DNA of 64,000 nucleotides, from positions 1,824,001 through 1,888,000 of the forward strand of contig CP084167.1 in the NCBI GenBank assembly GCA_021513715.1, written 5' to 3'. Position numbers and translations under genes: made by a program. The notes beneath the pieces were generated by a model. The model ran no database searches and was not told where the DNA came from. It was given only the letters and a program-made list of their open reading frames with translations. This stretch comes from Candidatus Heimdallarchaeum endolithica. Its GTDB lineage: Archaea > Asgardarchaeota > Heimdallarchaeia > Heimdallarchaeales > Heimdallarchaeaceae. This document shows, in pieces, positions 28,911 to 38,075 of the stretch. Positions within the stretch are counted from its first letter, which is position 1; each line of letters begins with the position of its first letter.

Positions 28911-29438
28911 TCAGAATTCTTCTAGTTCTTTTAATGCAAGTTCAAGATCAGATAAATATTCTTCTTGAACAGATTCAACTCTAGGAGTTGGTTCAGGAGT
29001 AGAAACTTGTGCAGGTGTGCTAACAGGTTCCCTTGCTTCTATGGGTTTTGTTTCAACATCCAATATTGCTCTGATATTTTCTGATTGTATTTTCATAGTT
29101 CTTCTAACTAAACCTAGTTGAATACCAGCATCTGTAATAAGGCAGAGGACAGAACTACCACAACTAGCAACTAAAATAAATCCATCTTCAAATTCAGAGA
29201 TAATAATATCTAATTTCTCTAAACCAACATTTGTTCCTTGTTGTTCTGAAGCTAAATATACTGCGCTTGCTATTGCTCCTAGAGCTTCTGTTTCAAACTC
29301 ATCGAAAGCAAATCTTGAAGAATATGCTAGTGTTAACCCTGTTTTATCTGCTAAAATAACATGATTTATTAAAGGATCACTTGTAATAATTTCATGGAGA
29401 ATACTGTTTATTTTATCTACACCGATAATTCTTATCAC
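28911..29438 (-). CDS. Roadblock/LC7 (MglB/LAMTOR-like) domain protein with Pro/Glu-rich tail
   Basis: ILADKTGLTLA, LGAIASA, IISEFEDG, IQLGLVR. Confidence 0.9.
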   Translation of the reverse strand: MIRIIGVDKINSILHEIITSDPLINHVILADKTGLTLAYSSRFAFDEFETEALGAIASAVYLASEQQGTNVGLEKLDIIISEFEDGFILVASCGSSVLCLITDAGIQLGLVRRTMKIQSENIRAILDVETKPIEAREPVSTPAQVSTPEPTPRVESVQEEYLSDLELALKELEEF

Positions 29439-29611
29439 CTTTACTAATTAATCATAAGTTATTATGTACTATTAATAATTAGTTATATAAGCGTTAGTCT
29501 CAGAAGAATAAAAGTTTTACCAAAATAACGAGAAAACTAGACATAAATTTAAAAAAAGCTCATTTAATATCCTAGAGCAAGATTTTTATTAGATTTGCAA
29601 TTTTATAACAT

Positions 29612-30295
29612 ATGAAAAAATTAGAATATCCAATTATCATTTTAAATTTTAAAAATTACAGCGAAGCAACTGGTGAAAAAGCATTAAGACTTGCAATAAT
29701 TGCAGAAGAAGTTTCAAAAAACAAAAAAGTAAACATCGCTATTTGTCCTCAAACTGTAGATATCAGAATGATTTCACAAGAAGTTGACTTACCTATTTTA
29801 GCTCAGCACATAGATTCTAACGATTCTGGTAGTCACACTGGAAATAATCTAGTTGATGCTATTATCGAAGCTGGGGCAATAGGAACACTAGTTAACCACT
29901 CTGAACGTCAACTGAAAATTTCAGAAATAGAAAGAATTATCGAAAAATCGAAAGAAAAAGGGTTCTTAACTTGCGTTTGCGCAAATAATATTCAAACTAG
30001 TAAAGCAGTAGCAGCACTAGACCCAGCTATGGTTGCAATGGAACCTCCAGAGTTAATTGGAGGAAATGTTTCAGTGACTACAAAACCAGATTTAGTTAGA
30101 AAAACTGTTGAATCGATAAAACAGATTAATCCAAATGTAATTCCATTAGTCGGTGCAGGAGTAAAAACAAAGGAAGATGTGGAGAAAGCAATAAAATTAG
30201 GAGCTAAAGGCGTACTACTCGCGTCTGGTTTCGTCAAGTCTAAAGATCCAAAACAAGCTCTTGAAGAAATGGCAGATGGAATTCTAAATTCTTAA
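29612..30295 (+). CDS. tpiA: Triosephosphate isomerase (archaeal type)
   Basis: NFKNY, AQH, NHSE, EPPELIG, GAGV, GVLLASG. Confidence 0.96.
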   Translation: MKKLEYPIIILNFKNYSEATGEKALRLAIIAEEVSKNKKVNIAICPQTVDIRMISQEVDLPILAQHIDSNDSGSHTGNNLVDAIIEAGAIGTLVNHSERQLKISEIERIIEKSKEKGFLTCVCANNIQTSKAVAALDPAMVAMEPPELIGGNVSVTTKPDLVRKTVESIKQINPNVIPLVGAGVKTKEDVEKAIKLGAKGVLLASGFVKSKDPKQALEEMADGILNS

Positions 30296-30323
30296 AATAA
30301 ATAATAGAGAGAGAAAATTCTTT

Positions 30324-30788
30324 TTAGTTTCTTTTCCACATTAGTTTTCCATTTTGCTCAATCTTACCTAATAGTCCTGCTTTCTCCATCTCAGAAAGTG
30401 TTTTTGCGAATTCTTCTTTTGACAATGGTTGTTCTCCTTTTTTCATTCTAGAGAAGACACATGCTGTATATAGAGCATCTTCGTACATAAATTTACTAGA
30501 GGAAAATGATTCTAATATTAAATTCATATTTGGAATTTTATGCTCTTTGACAACTGTTTCTACTTTTTGTACAGTTGGCATGGTTTCACGGATTTTTGAA
30601 CTAAAAATATCTGTTAGTAAATCAGGAAGAGATTTTCCTGTTATAGTTTTTGAAAATCCATACAATTCAGCAAGACCTGACACTGCATGGAGAATAAATT
30701 GCTCTACAGATGAGAATTTACCTTCTTCGACTTTCTTTTCCATAAAACTATACAGTTCATCTGGTATGTTCAAATTAAATTGTTTCAA
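30324..30788 (-). CDS. Ribbon-helix-helix domain protein with C-terminal wHTH-like domain
   Basis: FNLNIPDELY..M...V..GKFSSVEQFI..AV. Confidence 0.7.
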   Translation of the reverse strand: MKQFNLNIPDELYSFMEKKVEEGKFSSVEQFILHAVSGLAELYGFSKTITGKSLPDLLTDIFSSKIRETMPTVQKVETVVKEHKIPNMNLILESFSSSKFMYEDALYTACVFSRMKKGEQPLSKEEFAKTLSEMEKAGLLGKIEQNGKLMWKRN

Positions 30789-30950
30789 TGTAATTACCTC
30801 AATAAATTACTAGAATCTTATATTAAAAACTCTTTCGAGAACTGTATGTTTTTTGGAATAACGGTTTTTTGATTTAAAAAAAAGACAATTATTTTTATTT
30901 TTTAACAAATTTTCCTTATATTTTGGTAAAAACAAAAAAAGAGTATTTAG

Positions 30951-31015
30951 TGGCATCATTCGGCTATCTTCTATCATTCATGGAGTCTACGCCGTCTCAT
31001 TTCATTCATTTGCCA
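30951..31015 (-). ncRNA. Candidate box C/D-like sRNA
   Basis: Terminal stem tggca/tgcca enclosing several ATGA boxes and two GC-richer guide-length segments; TATA-like sequences about 15-35 nt upstream. Confidence 0.5.
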
Positions 31016-31080
31016 ATAAAAAACAAATTTTTAAATTAATAAACTTTTATAAAACATACAAAGAGGAAAGAATAGATATT

Positions 31081-31248
31081 TTAACTAAATTTACGACCAC
31101 GTTTATACTGTGTGAAACCACATTTTCCACAAGTCCACCTATCCTTGTGTTCAGCCATATATGTAGCTCCACCGCATCTTTCACAAACTTTCTTTACTCT
31201 TACTATTTTGTCTCCTTCAATCTTATAATATTTATGAGCTTGAGTCAT
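31081..31248 (-). CDS. rps27ae: 30S ribosomal protein eS31 (S27ae), not in the ORF track
   Basis: 55 aa MTQAHKYYKIEGDKIVRVKKVCERCGGATYMAEHKDRWTCGKCGFTQYKRGRKFS; follows eS24. Confidence 0.95.
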   Translation of the reverse strand: MTQAHKYYKIEGDKIVRVKKVCERCGGATYMAEHKDRWTCGKCGFTQYKRGRKFS

Positions 31249-31258
31249 CTTTTCTCAC

Positions 31259-31558
31259 CTATTCTTCTTTTTCATCTTTAATTATACCAGAACGCTTTAG
31301 TAAATGAGGACGCTCAACTTTTAGAGCTCGGTCTACAGAATCGTAAACATGAAATAAAGCATCAGATTGCCCAATACCATATTGGGCGTCCATTTTTATG
31401 AGAACCACTTGATTTCTTTCCTTATTTAGTAAAGCAGCAAGTTTTGATAATACGGCATCTCTTGAAGGTAATGCTTCGCCATAATGCTTAATTAATGTAT
31501 AAACTTCTGTACGTTCTAGCAATTTATTGTCAATTTGTTTTTGTATTTCAATCTCCAT
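31259..31558 (-). CDS. rps24e: 30S ribosomal protein eS24
   Basis: NKLLER.E, PSR, YGIG, VYDS, ER.HLL.R. Confidence 0.93.
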   Translation of the reverse strand: MEIEIQKQIDNKLLERTEVYTLIKHYGEALPSRDAVLSKLAALLNKERNQVVLIKMDAQYGIGQSDALFHVYDSVDRALKVERPHLLKRSGIIKDEKEE

Positions 31559-32075
31559 TTTTTTTCACCAGATATTTTTCTACTAATTTTTTTACAAATT
31601 GTTTTCTTTCCTCAGTAACTGATACAACTACTAGTCCTTCTTTTGGTTGTCCATATAAGACTTTTGAATTCGTACTTACTTCAAATACCACTGGTAATAC
31701 TAGTAAGTCTTCCTCTCCATTTATTTTTATAATAGTTTTGATTGAATCTATCTTTAATGCTTCACGGATTTTTTGACAAGCACTGATGGTTATTTTTCCA
31801 GGGGGGTTAATAGCATCAACAATTTGATAATTGTTAAGTTCAATGATAGAAGTTTCCTTTCTTTCTATTTGACCATCAATTATGATTAGACGAGGATAGA
31901 TCTCATTTTCTAATAATTTTTTTGTTGTTGCATCCCCTACACTTATTATCTTACTCTCGAGACTATTGTCTTTTATAAAATCAAAAAAAGACTTTATTTC
32001 AGAATCTTTCCTCAATAGTTTCCCAAGTGGTTTTTTGAAAAAAGATCTATTTTTTGTTGGTAAAAAATAATTCAT
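31548..32075 (-). CDS. GTP-dependent dephospho-CoA kinase (DUF359)
   Basis: KKPLG, VGD, IDG, NPPG.I, GEEDLL, YGQP..G; ATG at 32075. Confidence 0.9.
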   Translation of the reverse strand: MNYFLPTKNRSFFKKPLGKLLRKDSEIKSFFDFIKDNSLESKIISVGDATTKKLLENEIYPRLIIIDGQIERKETSIIELNNYQIVDAINPPGKITISACQKIREALKIDSIKTIIKINGEEDLLVLPVVFEVSTNSKVLYGQPKEGLVVVSVTEERKQFVKKLVEKYLVKKNGD

Positions 32076-32098
32076 AGAAAAAAGAGAACACAACTTTT

Positions 32099-32287
32099 TC
32101 ACCGAACTCTTAGCGCGTATCTTCCAGGAGTTGTGATATTCATTCTTTTTGCTATTTCGCTTCCTTCAACTTTTAATATGAACACTTCACCAGTGTATTC
32201 TGAAGACAAATCTTGGACTCTACAATGAGGACAAATGTTGACATTATCTTCAACAATTATGTGACACACTCTACATGCTTTTGCCAT
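32099..32287 (-). CDS. spt4: Transcription elongation factor Spt4 (RpoE'')
   Basis: ACRVC...CPHC, SEIAK, PGRYALRVR. Confidence 0.95.
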   Translation of the reverse strand: MAKACRVCHIIVEDNVNICPHCRVQDLSSEYTGEVFILKVEGSEIAKRMNITTPGRYALRVR

Positions 32288-32292
32288 TTAAA

Positions 32293-32871
32293 TCACTTTT
32301 TTTCTTCTTCAGTTTTTTTATCAAAACTCTGTTTCCATTCTTCAATCCATTCATATGCTCCAAGAGCATCCTGTTTCATTGTCAATCCCACTTGAATTTC
32401 TGTTTTTCTTACATTAACTGCAATTATTCGAGCTCGAACACGTGTATTTACAATAAGGTCCCTTTTCGTTTTATCGCCCCTAAGAAGGCCATTTTTTGGA
32501 ACATACCTAAAGTAATCATCAGCTATTTGGGAAACATGACATAATGCATCGATTGTTCCAATTCTGCAAAACGCTCCAAAGTCTGTACATTCAATAACAA
32601 TTCCTTCAACTATTTCATTAATTTCTGGGAGATAAGTTAATAGATCAATATCACACTCGTAATACACAGCTCCATCATTTGGGACAATTTTTCCTCTATA
32701 AACTTTATCAATGCCTGAAACTGCAACAATAATTCCTAATGCTGGATCAATCTTACCTTCTATACTTTCTCTTGCTATTTGAACAAGTACTTCCCTCAAA
32801 TCTTCACCAAAACGATTTGGAGGAACGCGCAATGTTTCCCTGATTTTCGTATCATAGTAAATAAAAATCAC
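32293..32871 (-). CDS. rpo7: RNA polymerase subunit Rpo7 (RpoE'); start uncertain (GTG 32871 or ATT 32862)
   Basis: RVPP.RFG, DGAVY, FGAF..IG..DAL.HVSQI, GLTMKQ..LG. Confidence 0.93.
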   Translation of the reverse strand: MIFIYYDTKIRETLRVPPNRFGEDLREVLVQIARESIEGKIDPALGIIVAVSGIDKVYRGKIVPNDGAVYYECDIDLLTYLPEINEIVEGIVIECTDFGAFCRIGTIDALCHVSQIADDYFRYVPKNGLLRGDKTKRDLIVNTRVRARIIAVNVRKTEIQVGLTMKQDALGAYEWIEEWKQSFDKKTEEEKK

Positions 32872-33068
32872 CCACTTTACAAACAATCCTTCTAAAGAAG
32901 TAGTTTAGCTTTGCTTTAAAAATAAATCGCTTTTTGACCATTAAAAACAATATGGATTCTGCTAAAAGATGAAAACACAATTATTAAAAGTTCAGAAATT
33001 TGTTTCCAATACAAAACAGTTAAAGTTAAAAACAGCATTATATTTATCGTTATGTCGAGGAATTACAG

Positions 33069-33767
33069 ATGAAGAAAAAGTTGAACTTTATTTCAATTGT
33101 AATCTTATTAGCACTTGTAAATGTTTTTATTCAACATTCAGCAGCGTATATACCAGAGAATACTATTGTTGTCAATCAGATCGTTGACACATATGAAAGC
33201 CATGTTAATAGTAATATTTCAATGTCAATATCAGTAAAGAATTATATGAACTTCACTTTAACAAATATTACTATTTCTCTTAATCTTTCTTCAAATACCG
33301 ACCTTGAATCAGTAAAGTTTACCTCGTGTGATTTTGGACAACTATCAGGAGATAATGTAACACTTAATGAAACAATATTATCTTCATCTGAGGGAATTTT
33401 TACTCCATTAAATATTACAGAAGGTTACTTAACAGAAAAATATTTTGAAGTTAAAATAGATAAAATGGAAAACGGAACCAAACTTTTAGTTAACTTAAAT
33501 ATAACTGCAGAGGAAGAAGGAGATTACACTATCCCTAGAGTTAAGGTCACATACTTGGATAATTGGGGAGATAAAAAGAAAACTGAATCATCTAGAAATA
33601 TACAATTATCATTTAAGGAAGTAGAAAGTTGGTCAGAAGATGTTCCCTATTGGAGAGGGGGAAAGAAACTAACTCCTATGGTGTCTGCTGTAATTTTTGC
33701 TTTATCACCGATTTTAATAGCAATTGCATCTTCGTACATCTTCACAATTAAGATAAGACGATATTAA
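33069..33767 (+). CDS. Secreted, C-terminally anchored Ig-like (BatD-like) surface glycoprotein
   Basis: Signal peptide, many N-x-S/T sequons, GDYTIP.VKVTY.D, C-terminal TM plus basic tail. Confidence 0.75.
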   Translation: MKKKLNFISIVILLALVNVFIQHSAAYIPENTIVVNQIVDTYESHVNSNISMSISVKNYMNFTLTNITISLNLSSNTDLESVKFTSCDFGQLSGDNVTLNETILSSSEGIFTPLNITEGYLTEKYFEVKIDKMENGTKLLVNLNITAEEEGDYTIPRVKVTYLDNWGDKKKTESSRNIQLSFKEVESWSEDVPYWRGGKKLTPMVSAVIFALSPILIAIASSYIFTIKIRRY

Positions 33768-33959
33768 TCTTTTTTCTTTTTTTGTTTAATTAGAGACTAA
33801 ATATCAACCAAAAGAAAAGACACTACTCAAAAACCTTTTCTAAATTATTAAACATACAGAGAATAGCAACCTTATTTACTGTCCTAATATTTTAAGATCA
33901 GTCAAATAAGCTTTTTAGTATAACAAAAGCTTTATTTTTATACAAAATAACAGAACTGT

Positions 33960-34418
33960 ATGAGAAAACTACTTAAGCCTCGTTCTACGATAGCTATTTA
34001 CACGATGCAATACTCCTTAATTGTTATAGCATCAATTTTCTTTATTATAGGTATCATGAGAGTTAAATCGACTGAAACTATGGATGTTGTTTCTTTGGTA
34101 TGGCTTCTTTCTGGAGCTTTTCTATATGTTGCTTCATATATTTATGCAAAAAAAGGTGTTAAAATCATAAAATCTGCTTGCCCCTATTGTTACGGAACTG
34201 GATACATTGATATGGGTACTGGAAAAAATAAAAGACAAGAAACATGTCCTGTTTGTCATGGAACAGGAAAAATGTTGGACAAAGCTACAATTGAACTAGA
34301 AAAAGAGAAAGAAAGAATTCAAAAAGAAGAAAAAGAGAAAGAAAGAATTCAAAAAGAAGAAAAAGAGAAGTTACAAAACCCAGTAACCAAAGAAGAACAA
34401 CAAAATAATAGCCCATGA
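33960..34418 (+). CDS. Two-TM membrane protein with DnaJ-type zinc finger and charged tail
   Basis: CPYCYGTG and CPVCHGTG; no J domain. Confidence 0.75.
   Translation: MRKLLKPRSTIAIYTMQYSLIVIASIFFIIGIMRVKSTETMDVVSLVWLLSGAFLYVASYIYAKKGVKIIKSACPYCYGTGYIDMGTGKNKRQETCPVCHGTGKMLDKATIELEKEKERIQKEEKEKERIQKEEKEKLQNPVTKEEQQNNSP
34298..34369. repeat. In-frame 30-bp tandem repeat (EKEKERIQKE, about 2.4 copies)
   Basis: agaaaaagagaaagaaagaattcaaaaaga at 34298 and 34328, partial at 34358. Confidence 0.9.
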
Positions 34419-34964
34419 AATCATCAGTAAAGCATTAACTACAAACCATGTACGAGTGGCCTTTTTGTTAAGTGTATTTTTTCCTTTAATACTAAAGGGA
34501 TAAAAGTGAATTAGATAGGTTCCTTGCAGTTTTGAATAAAGCTCTCTTCCTGACAAACCTGTTGTTAACCAAGCCATTGCGTGGGCATCATCTTTTATTT
34601 TTCCATTTTTATCTTCTTTCCAACTTGGAAATAAATCCAACAACAAATGAGATGCATTTCCAATTAAAAAGAAACCAAAAACAGGTAAAAGGAAGTTTGT
34701 TCTTTCTGAAACAGCAATTACAGGTAAAGTTAAAATTGCGGGCACTATAGCTGAATGAGTAAGGAAATATCTGTGATGAAAAACTTCTTTCCAAATTATA
34801 TCAAAATCTGGGAATTCAGCTCCAATTATACACATCAAAGCAGATATAACAATCCATAATGAATTGTCCCAACCTGCAAAAAAATCTTTTTCCACGAAAT
34901 AAAGAATAATAATAGTAACAACCCAGAAAAAGAATCCTCCAATAATATGATTTTTTCGATTCAT
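34371..34964 (-). CDS. Membrane-bound metal-dependent hydrolase (YdjM-like)
   Basis: M..KNH, GAEFPDFD, HRYFLTHS, SHLLLD. Confidence 0.85.
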   Translation of the reverse strand: MNRKNHIIGGFFFWVVTIIILYFVEKDFFAGWDNSLWIVISALMCIIGAEFPDFDIIWKEVFHHRYFLTHSAIVPAILTLPVIAVSERTNFLLPVFGFFLIGNASHLLLDLFPSWKEDKNGKIKDDAHAMAWLTTGLSGRELYSKLQGTYLIHFYPFSIKGKNTLNKKATRTWFVVNALLMISWAIILLFFFGYWVL

Positions 34965-35085
34965 ATATATATGTTCTAAAAAGATATACAATAAGTTTTT
35001 GCATAATTTTATTTTTTTGTTTCCTCAATAGTATTTTTCAAGTATTACATCGCTTTTTTTAAATTAGTGAGAATTGGGGGCTGAG

Positions 35086-35643
35086 ATGGGAAAGGATATC
35101 GAAGTCAAATTTAGAGACTATGAAGTATACAAGTTAAGTATCTGTGGGCCTGGACAAGCAGGAAAGACAAGTTTATGTAAAAGACTTGTTCATAATAAAT
35201 TTACTAGAAATTATAAAGAAACTGTAGGCGCAGAATTTTTTAGTTATAGGTTTAATACAAAAAAAGGAAAAAATGTTGGTCTATTTTACGATTTTGCAGG
35301 ACAACAGCGATTTGTAAGTGTGCGTAATGTTCTTTATTCAGGCACAGATGCTGCAGCAGTAGTGTTTGATGTTACTAAAAGAGATTCTTTTCGTTCTGTT
35401 GCTCAATACATACGAGAATTGAGAAAAAAGCTAAAAGATGTTGAAATAACAATTGTTGGAAATAAAATTGATTCTAAAAAAAGAGAGATTTCATTTAAAG
35501 ATGCAAAGAGAATAGCAGAAAAGCTTGGATGTAAATACGTCGAAACCTCTGCTGCAACTGGTGAAGGATTGGGAGAATTTTTCAAAACATTGATACATTC
35601 TGCAATTTCATATAAGAAGAAAAAAGTAAGCGTTGCAGAATGA
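35086..35643 (+). CDS. Rab/Ras-like small GTPase
   Basis: GPGQAGKTS, TVGAEF, DFAGQ, NKID, ETSA. Confidence 0.93.
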   Translation: MGKDIEVKFRDYEVYKLSICGPGQAGKTSLCKRLVHNKFTRNYKETVGAEFFSYRFNTKKGKNVGLFYDFAGQQRFVSVRNVLYSGTDAAAVVFDVTKRDSFRSVAQYIRELRKKLKDVEITIVGNKIDSKKREISFKDAKRIAEKLGCKYVETSAATGEGLGEFFKTLIHSAISYKKKKVSVAE

Positions 35644-35745
35644 GAGATTATAATTACTAAAACTCTTCATAATTTTTAATTCATTAGAAAGATCATCTTC
35701 ACACAAATACTTTTTAAATTAAAAAATAACAAAAATTTGATTACT

Positions 35746-36600
35746 ATGAGTCATAAAATTTCAAAAGTTGCAGTTGTTGGAGCTGGAACAATGGGTGCTG
35801 GTATAGCACAAGTTCTAGCACAAAAAGGATTACATGTAGCATTGGTGGATATAAAACAGGAATTTATAGATAAAGGTATTGAAAGAATTAAAAAATTTCT
35901 AACAAGATCTGTGGAAAAAGGCAAGATTTCAACTGAAGAGATGGAGAAAGCAATTTCCAACATATCACCTTATGTTAACCTTGAAGACGCAGTAGATGGC
36001 GTAGAACTAGTTATTGAAGCAATCGTAGAAAATGAAGAAATAAAGAAAGACCTTTTTAAAAAACTTGATAATATTTGTTCTTCAGAAGTAATATTAGCAA
36101 GTAACACATCAGCTATAAGTATTACTACACTTAGTGAAGTAACAAACAGACCAGATAAAGTTCTAGGACTACACTTTTTCAATCCTCCAGCGATCATGAA
36201 ACTTGTAGAAATAATTAAGGGGAAAAAAACAAGTGAGGAAACTATCCAAAAAGCTATTGAATTCTGTGAATATCTTGGAAAAACCCCAGTACCATCTAAT
36301 GAAGCACCAGGATTTATTGTAAACAGGTTATTATGGAAATTCCTTAATGAGGCATACAAACTACTAGAAAATAATGTAGCTTCAAAAGAAGGAATCGACC
36401 AAGCTGTTAAACTTGGATTAAACCATCCGATGGGTCCATTTGAACTAAGTGACTACATTGGCTTAGATGTAATGCTTAACATTGGAGATTATATTGCATC
36501 AAAGTTAGGTGATGAATATAAACCTAGTGAAATTCTAAGAAAACTTGTCGAACAAGGTAAACTAGGTAGAAAAACTGGAGAAGGTTTTTACAAATATTAA
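35746..36600 (+). CDS. 3-hydroxyacyl(butyryl)-CoA dehydrogenase
   Basis: GAGTMGAGIA, EAIVE, SNTS, HFFNP, PGFIVNR, HPMGP, GRKTGEGFY. Confidence 0.95.
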   Translation: MSHKISKVAVVGAGTMGAGIAQVLAQKGLHVALVDIKQEFIDKGIERIKKFLTRSVEKGKISTEEMEKAISNISPYVNLEDAVDGVELVIEAIVENEEIKKDLFKKLDNICSSEVILASNTSAISITTLSEVTNRPDKVLGLHFFNPPAIMKLVEIIKGKKTSEETIQKAIEFCEYLGKTPVPSNEAPGFIVNRLLWKFLNEAYKLLENNVASKEGIDQAVKLGLNHPMGPFELSDYIGLDVMLNIGDYIASKLGDEYKPSEILRKLVEQGKLGRKTGEGFYKY

Positions 36601-36667
36601 ATTATTTCTTTTTTCTCTCAAGATAAGCTATAAGTCAAACTTATATAGTGGTCAGTTTTATATATCA

Positions 36668-37624
36668 ATGAAGTATATGCCCTACGATACCATTAACATA
36701 TCTGGCGAAAATAAGAAAGCATTACGACGTTGTCCAGATTGCAACAGTACAAAATTAAATTTTGATTCCCAGCGAGGAGAAACAAGTTGTGCTATGTGTG
36801 GTCTTGTAATTGAAGAAGGATTTATAGATACAAGTCAAGAGTGGCGGGCATATAATCATGATCAATTTGAGAAGCGAGCGAGAACAGGTTCTCCGAAAAA
36901 CTTGCTAACTTATGATAATTATGGCACTGTAATTAGTTATTCAAACAAAGATATTTTTGGTAATAAGATCTCAGTTAAAAAAGCAAGCCAAATGTTTCGC
37001 CTTAGAACATTACAAAGGAGAGCTGTCTTTCAATATGGAACAGAGAGAAATCTATTATTTGCACTAAGTGAAATCAAACGAATAGGAAGCCAATTAAATC
37101 TTCCACAAAAGATTCAAGAAACTGGTTCTATAATATATCGTAAAATTCTAAAAACAGGATTGATTAGAGGTAGATCTACTGAATCTTTAGTTGCAGCAAG
37201 CGTATATTTAGCTTGTAGGTTGAATAAACAACCAGAGACACTAGATGATGTAGCAAAAAAAACGAGATTATCTCGCAAAAAATTGGCAAGAAATTATCGC
37301 TTATTGTTAAAAAACCTTGATATAAAAATTCCTCTTGCTACTCCAGACACAAAATTAGAAAAATATGCTAGCATTCTTAATTTTCCTCCAGAAGTAGTTA
37401 ATGAGGCTAAAGACATATTAATTAAAGCAAAAGAAAAGAAGATTACTGTAGGTAAAAACCCTAATTCACTTGTTGCTGCTGCTTTATACATATCTGCTAT
37501 TAAAAACGGACATACCTGTGCTCAAAAAACTATTTCAGAAGTATGCCAGATCACCGAAGTAACATTAAGAAATAGGTATAAACAATTTCTTAAGACATTA
37601 AAAATTAAGATTGTACTAAAATAG
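36668..37624 (+). CDS. tfb: Transcription initiation factor IIB (TFB)
   Basis: CPDC...CAMCG Zn ribbon, EWRAY, RTGSP, ERNL, two cyclin repeats, TEVTLRNRY. Confidence 0.95.
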   Translation: MKYMPYDTINISGENKKALRRCPDCNSTKLNFDSQRGETSCAMCGLVIEEGFIDTSQEWRAYNHDQFEKRARTGSPKNLLTYDNYGTVISYSNKDIFGNKISVKKASQMFRLRTLQRRAVFQYGTERNLLFALSEIKRIGSQLNLPQKIQETGSIIYRKILKTGLIRGRSTESLVAASVYLACRLNKQPETLDDVAKKTRLSRKKLARNYRLLLKNLDIKIPLATPDTKLEKYASILNFPPEVVNEAKDILIKAKEKKITVGKNPNSLVAAALYISAIKNGHTCAQKTISEVCQITEVTLRNRYKQFLKTLKIKIVLK

Positions 37625-37721
37625 CATTTTTTTAGTAAATAGATTTTTAAGAAGTAAAATTGTAAAAACCATATAAAGTAGAGTTTTTATAATCAATTAT
37701 TTTTATTACTCAGTGAGTATA

Positions 37722-38051
37722 ATGAGTCTAAAAGAACGATTAGAGCAATTTGCACAGGAAATGAAAGATTGGGAAACTCGAAAAACATCCATAATGGGAG
37801 TCGAAATTGCAAAACTTCCTTCAAAAGGAGGAGATTTAAATCTCGCTCTAAAAGTAGTTCCGACTGATGAGGAAGGAAAACCACTTAAAAGAAAGGGCGT
37901 TTTTATAACTAGTTTAGAACAATGGGATTCTATGAGACGTATCTTTAATGATGAAAAGGCTACAGAACTTATAGAAAACATAGAAAAAATGAAACAAAGA
38001 AGAGAGATAAAGGAAGATAAAGAGGATACTGAAGAAGTATTTGAACTATAA
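37722..38051 (+). CDS. Conserved archaeal hypothetical protein (possible PC4-like fold)
   Basis: KTSI.GV..KLP...P.D..GKP.KRKGVFI. Confidence 0.65.
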   Translation: MSLKERLEQFAQEMKDWETRKTSIMGVEIAKLPSKGGDLNLALKVVPTDEEGKPLKRKGVFITSLEQWDSMRRIFNDEKATELIENIEKMKQRREIKEDKEDTEEVFEL

Positions 38052-38075
38052 TTCTCTTTTTCTTGAGGGTTTTAA

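Noticed and set aside
30982-31009. Arg-rich micro-ORF MNEMRRRRLHE as eL41
   Set aside because: Too short, lacks the eL41 pattern, and overlaps the C/D-like RNA candidate
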